The notes beneath the pieces are model-generated. The model saw only the letters and a program-made list of their open reading frames with translations. It ran no database searches and was not told the origin of the DNA. The position numbers were made by a program, and so were the translations under genes. Below, one piece after another: positions 10,779 through 18,956 of a stretch of 64,000 bases of DNA. Numbering within the stretch: the stretch's first letter is position 1; every line of letters starts with the position of its first letter. Origin of the DNA: a virus; IMG/VR virus record IMGVR_UViG_3300045988_083460. One strand, 5' to 3'.

Positions 10779-10904
10779 AAGTCGAGTTTGTGAGTAGCGC
10801 CGCGACTTTAACCCTAAACTCTCAATTCGTCCACTGCGAACTAAAATAATAGGCTGGCCCAATAGAGCGACGGGTAGTTCTGAAACAAATAGTTGCTCTT
10901 TTAT

Positions 10905-10981
10905 GTTCTCGTGGTGCAATAGGCAGACACGCGTGGTTTAGAACCATGATGTTGCGGGTTCGACTCCCGCCGGGAACACCA
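10905..10981 (+). tRNA. tRNA with anticodon UAG (Leu, CUN) but type-I architecture (short variable arm)
   Basis: acceptor GTTCTCG/CGGGAAC, anticodon arm CGTGG-TTTAGAA-CCATG, T-arm GCGGG-TTCGACT-CCCGC, A73, CCA. Confidence 0.55.
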
Positions 10982-11138
10982 GATGGTTCCGGTGACATTG
11001 TCTTAAACCCATATAACCGGCGGAGCTATGGCCCGTAGTTGAAGACTGGATTTCTTGTCGTAAATGGCCAAGCATTTATGATGGCTAGTCAGTATTAAAA
11101 GAGGAAGCCTTGGAACTCGATCAATACCATAGAAATAT

Positions 11139-11225
11139 GCGCGTGTGCTGGAATCGGCAGACAGGCGAGCTTGAGGTGCTCGTGTTCGTAAGAGCGTATG
11201 GGTTCAAGTCCCATCATGCGCACCA
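11139..11225 (+). tRNA. tRNA-Leu (anticodon GAG), type II
   Basis: acceptor GCGCGTG/CATGCGC, anticodon arm CGAGC-TTGAGGT-GCTCG, long variable arm, A73-CCA. Confidence 0.75.
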
Positions 11226-11329
11226 TGGTTTCTACTGATTTCCCATGCCCAATAAGTCAGAAGTGTGATATATGTGAACGACGAGGCGCAAAGCACACGG
11301 GGTGCGTACGACCCTTCCTCGTCTTATAC

Positions 11330-11406
11330 GGTGGCGTAGTTCAGTAGGCTAGAACGTCGGCCTGTCACGCCGAAGGTCACGGGTTCAAACCCCGTCGTCA
11401 TCGCCA
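11330..11406 (+). tRNA. tRNA-Asp (anticodon GUC)
   Basis: anticodon arm TCGGC-CTGTCAC-GCCGA; T-arm ACGGG-TTCAAAC-CCCGT; G73-CCA. Confidence 0.7.
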
Positions 11407-11407
11407 A

Positions 11408-11450
11408 TTTGAAAAACAATAAAAAATATTGCATAATATTTATGTAAGGT
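11408..11450 (+). promoter_or_regulatory. sigma70-type promoter TTGAAAAACAATAAAAAATATTGCATAAT
   Basis: TTGAAA, 17-bp spacer, TG-extended CATAAT/TATAAT; copy of the 10568 promoter. Confidence 0.5.
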
Positions 11451-11620
11451 TAAGAAAGAACAAAGTATCGCAAGTCGTATATAGGCAGCGATAGCGCGCA
11501 AGCGAATCAGCAATGCGGTGTCCCTTTTAGGTTGATGCCTGGCACATTGGACTGTAGTAGCCGATAAATTAGAGCGTAGTTCTCCTTGATTGACACGACC
11601 AATCATCTTAATCACAATAT

Positions 11621-11696
11621 GGGGCATTAGCTCAGTTGGGAGAGCGCCTGCCTTGCAAGCAGGAGGTCACGAGTTCGACCCTCGTATGTTCCACCA
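11621..11696 (+). tRNA. tRNA-Ala (anticodon UGC)
   Basis: GGGGCAT acceptor with G3-U70 wobble, anticodon loop CTTGCAA, A73-CCA. Confidence 0.8.
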
Positions 11697-11948
11697 TAGG
11701 TATCTACTAATAATTATATATGATACCGTCTAATAATTACAGGTTTTTATTGATTTCATTGCCATAAGAACAATAGGGCATTCCTATTTCCGTCCTTAAT
11801 AGAAATAGGTGGTTTTCAGTGACGCCGCTGTTCACCAACTAGAAGATAAGTTAATATTCTCTTTATATATAGTAATGACAGTATAGCTTATAATAAACAA
11901 TGGCTATTATTAAATAAGACAGAAAGAGATTATTAAAAGTGCAGATAT

Positions 11949-12023
11949 GCTCGGTTAGTCAAGTGGTAAAGACGCTGGCCTTTCACGCCAGAAACACGGG
12001 TTCGACTCCCGTACCGAGTACCA
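11949..12023 (+). tRNA. tRNA-Glu (anticodon UUC)
   Basis: anticodon arm CTGGC-CTTTCAC-GCCAG; T-arm ACGGG-TTCGACT-CCCGT. Confidence 0.75.
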
Positions 12024-12051
12024 TTAAACAATAGAAAAGGAGATTGCTATT

Positions 12052-12288
12052 ATGAAGAATGTTCACGGGAAGTTCAACTCTTTCGCAGAGCTTGGTAAGG
12101 CTCTCGGAATTAAGGTTCCGCAGAATGTGGAAAAGGAACGTAAGTGTTCTAATTGCGGAAACCCGCTTCGCAAGATTGGTAATACAAATGTTTATATTTG
12201 TGATTATTCCATTCTTGAGGACAACGAGTTGAATGGAACTCCCGTGCAGGTGTTCACCAAATGTGGAGCCGTCGAACTTAGCGATTAA
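12052..12288 (+). CDS. small zinc-ribbon protein inside the tRNA island
   Basis: 78-aa ORF with CSNCGN...C...C motifs, RBS AAGGAG. Confidence 0.45.
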   Translation: MKNVHGKFNSFAELGKALGIKVPQNVEKERKCSNCGNPLRKIGNTNVYICDYSILEDNELNGTPVQVFTKCGAVELSD

Positions 12289-12327
12289 CTAAAAGACCTG
12301 AGCAAGTCAATAAACTGCTCTTTAAAT

Positions 12328-12405
12328 GGCCTTGTCGACGAAATGGCAAAGTCGCCACCCTCTCAAGGTGGAGGTTGATGGGTTCGAATCCCTCCAAGGT
12401 CACCA
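12328..12405 (+). tRNA. tRNA-like, probable anticodon CUC (Glu); T-stem imperfect
   Basis: acceptor GGCCTTG/CAAGGTC, anticodon arm CCACC-CTCTCAA-GGTGG, T-loop TTCGAAT, CCA. Confidence 0.5.
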
Positions 12406-12717
12406 GATGTATGGGTTCCACAGTTTCGAGTGAAAGAAAAGACGGGCCTTTCTTGTGCGTAGAGTATGGTACGGCAAGAATGAATTATTGATATGTGGCA
12501 CGCCCTTGCTTAATTAAAGTGAAACGGTTCCGGCTGATACATCCAGCGGAGGGGCGCAAGAGTACCGTGGCTATTAGAGTTATTCCAAAATATAGAATAT
12601 ATGAGGCGAGAATAAAAAGCGAGGAGTGGCAACGCAGACCAACTCAAGAGTGTCTAGGCGTTAAGTAGTAAAAATATATTTTGGTTTCATTATAATTTAA
12701 TTCTAATAGCTGTATAT

Positions 12718-12792
12718 CGCGGGAAGGGTGTTGGTTCCCAGTCGAGTCTCATAAACTCGATTACGCGAGTTCAATTCTCGCTCCCGCACCCA
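12718..12792 (+). tRNA. tRNA-Met/fMet/Ile2 (anticodon CAU); 1-72 mismatch
   Basis: anticodon arm CGAGT-CTCATAA-ACTCG; T-arm GCGAG-TTCAATT-CTCGC; C1-A72 mispair as in initiator tRNAs. Confidence 0.6.
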
Positions 12793-13190
12793 TTAGGTGC
12801 CAAGAACCTAAAGGCTCAGTTGAAGCAGCTTTATATAGCGCTGTATAAAGAAATCGGCTGGCTGAGAGATAAAATCTGGAGTAACGAAAAGGGTTCGGGG
12901 ATGGAAGTCAACGACCTCGTTAAAAAATTAAGTTGGCACCGATTATTTTCTCAATAGAGATTTATATATAAAAGACTAGCGAATCGGGAACCTATCAAAA
13001 GTGCAAGATAGGCTGTTAGAATGGCACTACCGATTAAAATAAATTAAGGAGGTATTAAAAAATGATGGATATTGATGATTTCATTTTCGCAGAAACAGAA
13101 GTTATTCATAGTGATAGATAACTTTTATGTTTAATGCGGCCGCCGATAGGTGATGGTTCCAAGCCCATAAAACGCAGAGGAAACATATTT

Positions 13191-13283
13191 GGAGGGGTGG
13201 CAGAGTAGGTTGAATGCGAGGGATTGCTAATCCCTTGATTGTGGAAACACGGTCCGGAGGTTCGAATCCTCTCCCCTTCGCCA
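13191..13283 (+). tRNA. tRNA-Ser (anticodon GCU), type II
   Basis: acceptor GGAGGGG/CCCCTTC, anticodon arm AGGGA-TTGCTAA-TCCCT, long variable arm, G73-CCA. Confidence 0.8.
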
Positions 13284-13716
13284 ATAGCCAATCGGGATAA
13301 GACACTGTTATATATGCCGGCCGCATATAAACGAGGCTATTGTGTCAACTACGAAAACCGACTAAGTAGTTCCGTTTGCTTGCGGTGACAATACAAGCGA
13401 TTAACGAAATAATAGGGCTTGTGAAGGTTTGGAAGTATAGCCGCCTGCCGGTCTCAATGAGACAAAAACAACTTCAATATAATCTCGTCAAGTTTTTCGG
13501 TACTGCTGCGGGAGCCTATGGGGAAGAGAAGGCCAAAACCGTGAGTTTACAAAAAAACTCTTGATGACAGAGGAAATTGGGTTCGAGCCCCATGCGGCCG
13601 GCTATGGCTGGCGGCTGGTGTATAGTTTGGAACAGCACGCTGTCAATACCTCTTGGGGTATATACCAAGACTTTATCTTCTGGGCCCGAGCCGAGGCGAA
13701 TATCGGCCATTTATAT

Positions 13717-13791
13717 GCTGGCGTGGCGCAATGGTAGCGCAAGTGATTTGTAATCACTAGGTTGCAGGTTCGACCCCTGTCGCCAGCTCCA
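13717..13791 (+). tRNA. tRNA-Thr (anticodon UGU)
   Basis: perfect acceptor GCTGGCG/CGCCAGC, anticodon arm AGTGA-TTTGTAA-TCACT. Confidence 0.8.
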
Positions 13792-14007
13792 TGCCCAAAA
13801 AGGGCTTTAGCGTGACAAACGCAAATGCGGCAAAGGAATATTATTCCTACCTGCGAGGCATTGTGGCCACTTTACCAAGCAGTCCGTATGCGCTATGGAA
13901 GTTAGCGGAGTCGGATAGGGTTAGATAGGGACGCCGGAGATTGTACCGCCAATCGAAGGCCAAAGGCTTACGTGCCGATACCCGATATTAAAATCTATTG
14001 CCAATAT

Positions 14008-14094
14008 GTTGTGCGTAGCTTAATTGGTAGAGCATCAGATTGTGGCTCTGAGAGGTGCGAGTTCAAGTCTCGTCGTACACCCCATAGACCTATT
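14008..14094 (+). tRNA. tRNA-His (anticodon GUG) with genomically encoded G-1 pairing C73
   Basis: anticodon arm TCAGA-TTGTGGC-TCTGA; extra 5' G (14008) opposite C73; CCA encoded. Confidence 0.65.
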
Positions 14095-14361
14095 CAGCAA
14101 CTTTAAATCATATGTTTTTGGTACATAATAAGATGAAAAGGGGTCTAGTAAAATGAATTTAAAAACTATAAAGCAGGCTCAAAAGAAATCTCCAGAAGAG
14201 CTGCAAGAATATCTTCATTTTAAACAGAGAGGTTCTATAACAAGAGCAAAGAAAGGAAAAGGTTCCTTTAATAGAAAACTCAAGCATAAAAATCTTTTTG
14301 AAAATTCTTAATTTTTATTATATAATATATATAGAAAGTTAAGGAAAGGAAGTTTTGAGTT

Positions 14362-14637
14362 ATGATTATTGCTTCTGCAATTAAATTTATTCCTCACTTT
14401 AGTAAGTACCCTGTAATTATTTGCGGGAAGCGCCATGCAGATTGCCTCGAAGAAGCATATCAGATGGGGTATGAATGGGATAAAGAAGATTTAGTGCAAG
14501 GGTTCTTGACTGATGATGCTAAATTTCTTGATAGATACGACGCAAAGCCTGAAGCCCGCAGATGTAGACAGTTAATTGTCGATGATGACAAATATCGAGA
14601 ATTGTTTAGTGAAGATATGTGGCTAGAGGAGGATTAA
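14362..14637 (+). CDS. hypothetical protein
   Basis: ORF after promoter/leader copy (14318..14361). Confidence 0.45.
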   Translation: MIIASAIKFIPHFSKYPVIICGKRHADCLEEAYQMGYEWDKEDLVQGFLTDDAKFLDRYDAKPEARRCRQLIVDDDKYRELFSEDMWLEED

Positions 14638-14858
14638 GTGTGAGAGACGCAAATCGCATTTCTAGTATTGCTAATAAGATTGAGGTTATTTGGCGAAAGA
14701 CTAATCCAAATCTGCGCTTTTGGCAATTTCTTGAAGTACTAGTTTGTAGATATAATGCAGATCATTCTCTTACTGATCGTAAAACTATGAATGAGATGTT
14801 CTATGTTGAGGATGAAGATTTTGAAAAGATTCTCGATAATATCCTAAGTGAACTTTAA
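14619..14858 (+). CDS. hypothetical protein
   Basis: ORF overlapping upstream gene end. Confidence 0.4.
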   Translation: MARGGLSVRDANRISSIANKIEVIWRKTNPNLRFWQFLEVLVCRYNADHSLTDRKTMNEMFYVEDEDFEKILDNILSEL

Positions 14859-14870
14859 AAGTTTACAGTC

Positions 14871-14947
14871 GCGTGTGTAGCTCAGTAGGCTAGAGCACCT
14901 GCCTTTTAAGCAGGGAGTCGCGAGTTCGAATCTCGCCACACGCACCA
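14871..14947 (+). tRNA. tRNA-Lys (anticodon UUU)
   Basis: perfect acceptor GCGTGTG/CACACGC, anticodon loop CTTTTAA. Confidence 0.85.
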
Positions 14948-15217
14948 TTTCTACTCTTGAGTGAGACACAACTGTTATTCTGTGCACAAGAATTTTCAGT
15001 CAAGGTTAAACCGAGTAGCGTTTCTGGTAGTCTGGCGTTACGAAGACTGCATGACTTAGGGACAACTTGATGACGATTCTCTGATTCAAGAAGAAGAAAA
15101 CAATTTCGTTCATCTCCGCATTTTGGTTTGTTTTGTTTGAGCGGGTTATCTGTGAACAAACGACAAAGTCGACTTGGGTTAGGTAGTACCTCTAAAAAAC
15201 AGGGAAACTACCATATG

Positions 15218-15292
15218 CAGGATTAGTGTTAGCGGCTAGCACGTCTGCCTTCCAAGCAGAAAGGGCCGGTTCAAATCCGGTATCTTGCTCCA
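15218..15292 (+). tRNA. tRNA-Gly (anticodon UCC)
   Basis: anticodon arm TCTGC-CTTCCAA-GCAGA; T-arm GCCGG-TTCAAAT-CCGGT. Confidence 0.8.
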
Positions 15293-15519
15293 CCCCTCGT
15301 AGCCGGGGGCGAATAGACTGCGGGAAGCTCCTCCTCGGAGGCGTATAAAGGAAAGCCACGCCATTCTTCGGCGGAAAGGTTGAAAGTGATGAGCCGGGTG
15401 TCAAAAAACTTTCTGTTGGCGAACATAACGCTGGGCTGTCGTCGAGGTATGCCCTAAGGCCTCAGACTGGGGAAATGGTTCTCCTCAATGCGGGTGACGC
15501 CGAAACGAACCTATTATAT

Positions 15520-15596
15520 GCTTCGGTAGTTCAGTTGGTTAGAATACGCGACTGATAATCGCGAGGTCGGCAGTTCAAATCTGCCTCGGAGCACCA
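15520..15596 (+). tRNA. tRNA-Ile (anticodon GAU)
   Basis: anticodon arm CGCGA-CTGATAA-TCGCG; T-arm GGCAG-TTCAAAT-CTGCC. Confidence 0.8.
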
Positions 15597-15835
15597 ACCG
15601 AATGTCAGCCTTGATAGATGGCAGGGTGAATACCTAACGCAAAATTCTATCATGTGCAAAGAGTTCGGTTCGAAAAATTCTTTGTGGGACAAAGACCACA
15701 GAGGCCATGCTACACTAGGGTGTCATGCTGCTTTGACTAGAGTGTAGAACAAAAGGCTTTTGTTTATCGAGTTCGCCCGTCAGTGGAAGCAGCTCCAAAG
15801 TAACTCGATTAGGGCTGGGGACGCTCAGCTTACAT

Positions 15836-15910
15836 AGGGCGATCGGTTAATGGCTAAACCAATGGTCTCCAAAACCATGACTGTAGGTTCGAATCCTACT
15901 CGCCCTGCCA
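15836..15910 (+). tRNA. tRNA-Trp (anticodon CCA)
   Basis: perfect acceptor AGGGCGA/TCGCCCT, anticodon arm ATGGT-CTCCAAA-ACCAT, G73-CCA. Confidence 0.8.
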
Positions 15911-15928
15911 ATAAAAGGGGAGAGTGCC

Positions 15929-16180
15929 ATGTCTATAGCAAGTTATGCAGAAGTTCGCGATATGGTAATCCGTGGTGATAATGGTATCAATCAATACTGC
16001 ATTATTGCAGTTGATGAATTTTCCTTTGAAGATTACCCTATTTATGCAGTTGATAGAAATGAAGCGATTAGTCTTATTGATAGGACTAATAGCTTAAATA
16101 TGCAACGGGTTCTCGAAGTTTATAACTATCAACAAGATCTGGAAGAGCAGTTCAAAGAGTTTCGTACATGGAGAATATAA
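15929..16180 (+). CDS. hypothetical protein
   Basis: ORF with RBS AAAGGGGAG. Confidence 0.45.
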   Translation: MSIASYAEVRDMVIRGDNGINQYCIIAVDEFSFEDYPIYAVDRNEAISLIDRTNSLNMQRVLEVYNYQQDLEEQFKEFRTWRI

Positions 16181-16195
16181 AAGGAGGTCGATAAA

Positions 16196-16429
16196 ATGGT
16201 AATGGATATTAATATCAAAAGCACAAGTGATGTTGAGCGTCTAAATGCCGTAGCGAGTAAAACTCCAGATGTACTTTGGGTTCATTCTAATGACGGTATG
16301 ATTATGGTTGATGCTCGTAGTCTGCTTGGTTTATTTGCTCTAATTGGAAAGCCATGTAAATTGGTTGCAGAAGATAGTACAGACTATAAAATTCTTGCAA
16401 GAGTAGCAAGAAAAGCTGGAGTAGCTTAA
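16196..16429 (+). CDS. hypothetical protein
   Basis: ORF with RBS AAGGAGG. Confidence 0.45.
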   Translation: MVMDINIKSTSDVERLNAVASKTPDVLWVHSNDGMIMVDARSLLGLFALIGKPCKLVAEDSTDYKILARVARKAGVA

Positions 16430-16441
16430 TGCTCCTTATTT

Positions 16442-16518
16442 GCCCCGTTAGCTCAGCTGGAAAGAGCAACCGCCTTCTAAGCGGTAGGTCATTGGTTCAA
16501 GTCCAATACGGGGTACCA
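16442..16518 (+). tRNA. tRNA-Arg (anticodon UCU)
   Basis: anticodon arm ACCGC-CTTCTAA-GCGGT; D-arm GCTC..GAGC. Confidence 0.8.
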
Positions 16519-16599
16519 TCTCTATTAGTTTAAAAGTGGAAAACACAAGAGCGCGCGTCTTGGTTGTGAGTTGAGCATCGCCTCACATAGAGAGCCTAT

Positions 16600-16674
16600 G
16601 GGCCATTAGCTTAACAGGCAGAGCAGTAGGTTGAAGCCCTACGGGACGAGGTTCGAGTCCTCGGTGGCCCACCA
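16600..16674 (+). tRNA. tRNA-Phe (anticodon GAA)
   Basis: anticodon arm GTAGG-TTGAAGC-CCTAC; T-arm CGAGG-TTCGAGT-CCTCG. Confidence 0.8.
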
Positions 16675-16746
16675 GTCCGCAAGGACAAAATTTCTTGAAG
16701 TGTTATATACCCCTTTTGCTTATATAATTAACAAGAGGGGTCACAT

Positions 16747-17062
16747 GGGGCCGTAAAGGTTTCGACGGGGCATTGAAGGATTAAAGTTCACGGGTATGCA
16801 CACCCCCTTAAGGGGCAACAAAAATTAACTGACAACGATTATTTCGAGAATTATCTTGCGGCTTGAGCTAAGCTCGCCGCTTAACCCTTGAGTTTCTTTG
16901 TTTACTCTCTTAAACAAAGTGGTGGAGGTAAACCAGTACGCTTAATGGAGTGTGGTTTGTTAAAGCCTATCCCACTTAATGGATAAAGTTTAACTATCGT
17001 GTGAAAAGACTTTAATTATATAGGTGTTTCGGACGCGGGTTCGACTCCCGCCGGCTCCACCA
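16747..17062 (+). ncRNA. ssrA: tmRNA (ssrA), about 316 nt; predicted tag ends ...NDYFENYLAA then TGA
   Basis: 5' GGGGCCGTAAAGGTTTCGACGGGG and 3' GGACGCGGGTTCGACTCCCGCCGGCTCCACCA closely match E. coli tmRNA ends; internal ORF AATTATCTTGCGGCTTGA encodes NYLAA-stop. Confidence 0.8.
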
Positions 17063-17092
17063 GTTAATAATAAAAGTAGGAAAGGATTTATT

Positions 17093-17356
17093 ATGGAATA
17101 CTTTTTTAATGTCTCAGTTAAATTAAAGACAGTAAAAAGTAAAGTGTTTAAGCGGAATGTTCTTTTAGTAGCAAATTCTCCTTGGGAGGCGATGAACATC
17201 GCTGCGAGAGTTTTTTCCAAAACTACTGTAGGAGGAGAGCCTTTAATCATTCTTGATGCTTCTGCGGAGAGAGATAATAAGTATGAGTGTGTTATTATAA
17301 AAGACACTCTTTATGAAGATGAAGATTATTTGATGGAGGATTCGTATGGAAATTGA
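17093..17356 (+). CDS. hypothetical protein
   Basis: ATG with RBS AGGAAAGGA; ORF-track start 17024 lies inside the tmRNA. Confidence 0.45.
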   Translation: MEYFFNVSVKLKTVKSKVFKRNVLLVANSPWEAMNIAARVFSKTTVGGEPLIILDASAERDNKYECVIIKDTLYEDEDYLMEDSYGN

Positions 17357-17798
17357 AAGAAAGTGGATTCTTCAAAGAGTTCCTACCGAATTTCGATTAG
17401 TAAAAAATTCTCAGGTAGAGCAATTTTATGTTTCGACGAATCCAGAAGTGCGATTACGACATAACCCGGCAAGTAAAGAGCCTTTTAGAATTACCGTAAA
17501 AGGTGAAGGCTCTTTAACAAGAGAAGAAATTGAAACAGAAATTTCGGAAGATTTTTACAATCAGCTAAAAGATTTTGTCGGTAAACCTCCAATTAAGAAA
17601 AATTATTCCGTTTTTAATTGCGGCGGGTATCCGCTCACGGTTTCTGTAGTAGATGATGGAGCTTTTATCTATGCAGAAATTGAATTTGAATCAGAGGAGC
17701 AGGCCCGCGACTATCAGTTTCCTATTGATGATGCTATTGAAGTGACGGATGATTCAAATTACAAGATGAAAAATTATTGGTTACGTACTCGTAATTAA
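17346..17798 (+). CDS. CYTH-domain protein (triphosphate tunnel metalloenzyme / CyaB-like)
   Basis: N-terminal MEIERKWIL signature (EXEXK motif) of CYTH proteins; about 150 aa. Confidence 0.65.
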   Translation: MEIERKWILQRVPTEFRLVKNSQVEQFYVSTNPEVRLRHNPASKEPFRITVKGEGSLTREEIETEISEDFYNQLKDFVGKPPIKKNYSVFNCGGYPLTVSVVDDGAFIYAEIEFESEEQARDYQFPIDDAIEVTDDSNYKMKNYWLRTRN

Positions 17799-17872
17799 AA
17801 TTTAGACCCGTACTGCAAAGAACTCTTTACCTGTTGTTTGAACTGGAGAAAAAGATGATGGGTCTAGTATAT

Positions 17873-17949
17873 GCGCCAGTAGCATAACGGAGAGTGCACA
17901 GGGCTACGGACCCTGGTTTGTGGGAGTTCAAATCTTCTCTGGCGTACCA
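17873..17949 (+). tRNA. tRNA-Arg (anticodon ACG)
   Basis: anticodon arm CAGGG-CTACGGA-CCCTG; acceptor GCGCCAG/CTGGCGT. Confidence 0.7.
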
Positions 17950-17952
17950 TAT

Positions 17953-18040
17953 GCAGAGATGGCCGAGTCTGGTTTATGGCGCCTGCCTAGAAAGCAGGAG
18001 GTCGAAAGATCCGTGGGTTCAAATCCTACTCTCTGCGCCA
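17953..18040 (+). tRNA. tRNA-Ser-like, type II, anticodon AGA (A34)
   Basis: perfect acceptor GCAGAGA/TCTCTGC, anticodon arm CCTGC-CTAGAAA-GCAGG, long variable arm, G73-CCA. Confidence 0.65.
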
Positions 18041-18316
18041 TATTGGTATCTTACATACAAGTCTGAAAGGCAGTAAGAATAAATCGTAGGGCCTTAAATC
18101 CGAGCCAGTAAAATAGAAGAGCTATACTTCGAGATACCCTTCGAGGATTGGAGCAACGAAGGTAAAAAAATAAAGTCCCCAAGATGTTTTCCGGTATCAG
18201 TACACAACCGGCATAGAGCAGAAGGGTTTAGGGTCGGTGCCTCGTATAGCACTAGAGGAAACGATAAGGACCAGGCATGGAAATCTGCGGAAGTGCGAAA
18301 AACCCTAAGTTAATAT

Positions 18317-18393
18317 CCGGGTGTAGTTCAGTTGATTAGAACGCGTGATTTGGGATCACGAGGCCGTGAGTTTGAGTCTCACCACTCGGACCA
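18317..18393 (+). tRNA. tRNA-Pro (anticodon UGG)
   Basis: anticodon arm CGTGA-TTTGGGA-TCACG; T-arm GTGAG-TTTGAGT-CTCAC. Confidence 0.75.
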
Positions 18394-18662
18394 CTCGCTC
18401 CCTAAGAGCGAGAATATGTATCACTCCTTTCCTATATATATAGACTCAATACAGCAAATATATGCAAATATACTTGTATAAAAAGATTTTACTAAATAAA
18501 TCTTATTTAGAAAGCTAAGAAGCATTTTCTTTTTGAAGGGAAGCCAAGAAAATGTTGAGCATATGGGGCAAGCCCTTTTGAGTCTAGTCTTTAGAAACTT
18601 TTGAAAATATTAAAAATAAATGATATAATATTTATAGAAAGTTGAGAAAGGAAGTCTTAAAT

Positions 18663-18857
18663 ATGAAGAATAACTTTGTTGCTATGGGTTGCTTTTATCG
18701 AGCTAATCCTTATGGTCTTGTTAAGACTATTTGTCGTGGTTTCGATGCTGACTCTGGAGATGTTATGATTGCTTATGTTCAAGTCGGCAAAGGTGGTTGC
18801 GCGAGCGAAGTTTTCTTTATGCTTGAGAACGAATTTAAAAATATCTTTCTGAGTTAA
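18663..18857 (+). CDS. hypothetical protein
   Basis: ATG after conserved promoter/leader (TGATATAAT ... GAGAAAGGAAGT). Confidence 0.45.
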   Translation: MKNNFVAMGCFYRANPYGLVKTICRGFDADSGDVMIAYVQVGKGGCASEVFFMLENEFKNIFLS

Positions 18858-18859
18858 AT

Positions 18860-18935
18860 GCCCGGTTAGCTCAGCTGGGAGAGCATCGCGTTTACACCGC
18901 GGAGGTCGGCGGTTCGAGCCCGTCACCGGGTACCA
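18860..18935 (+). tRNA. tRNA-Val (anticodon UAC)
   Basis: acceptor GCCCGGT/ACCGGGT, anticodon loop TTTACAC, T-arm GGCGG-TTCGAGC-CCGTC. Confidence 0.75.
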
Positions 18936-18956
18936 CTTAAAGTCTAGGAGAAAATT

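Noticed and set aside
10905-10981. Whether the tRNA with TAG in its anticodon loop is the amber suppressor
   Set aside because: Its anticodon reads 5'-UAG-3', which pairs with CUA (Leu) codons, not with UAG. The true suppressor needs 5'-CUA-3' and is found at 27478..27553.
13102-13326. Minus-strand ORFs in the tRNA island (13102..13326, 13516..13710, 15192..15404, 17894..18076, 18657..18926, 19224..19460, 19661..19906, 10737..10919, 27402..27605) whose translations contain GFEP/GLEP-type peptides
   Set aside because: These are translations of + strand tRNA T-arms (GGTTCGAANCC) and spacers. They have no RBS or promoter and they overlap confidently folded tRNAs.
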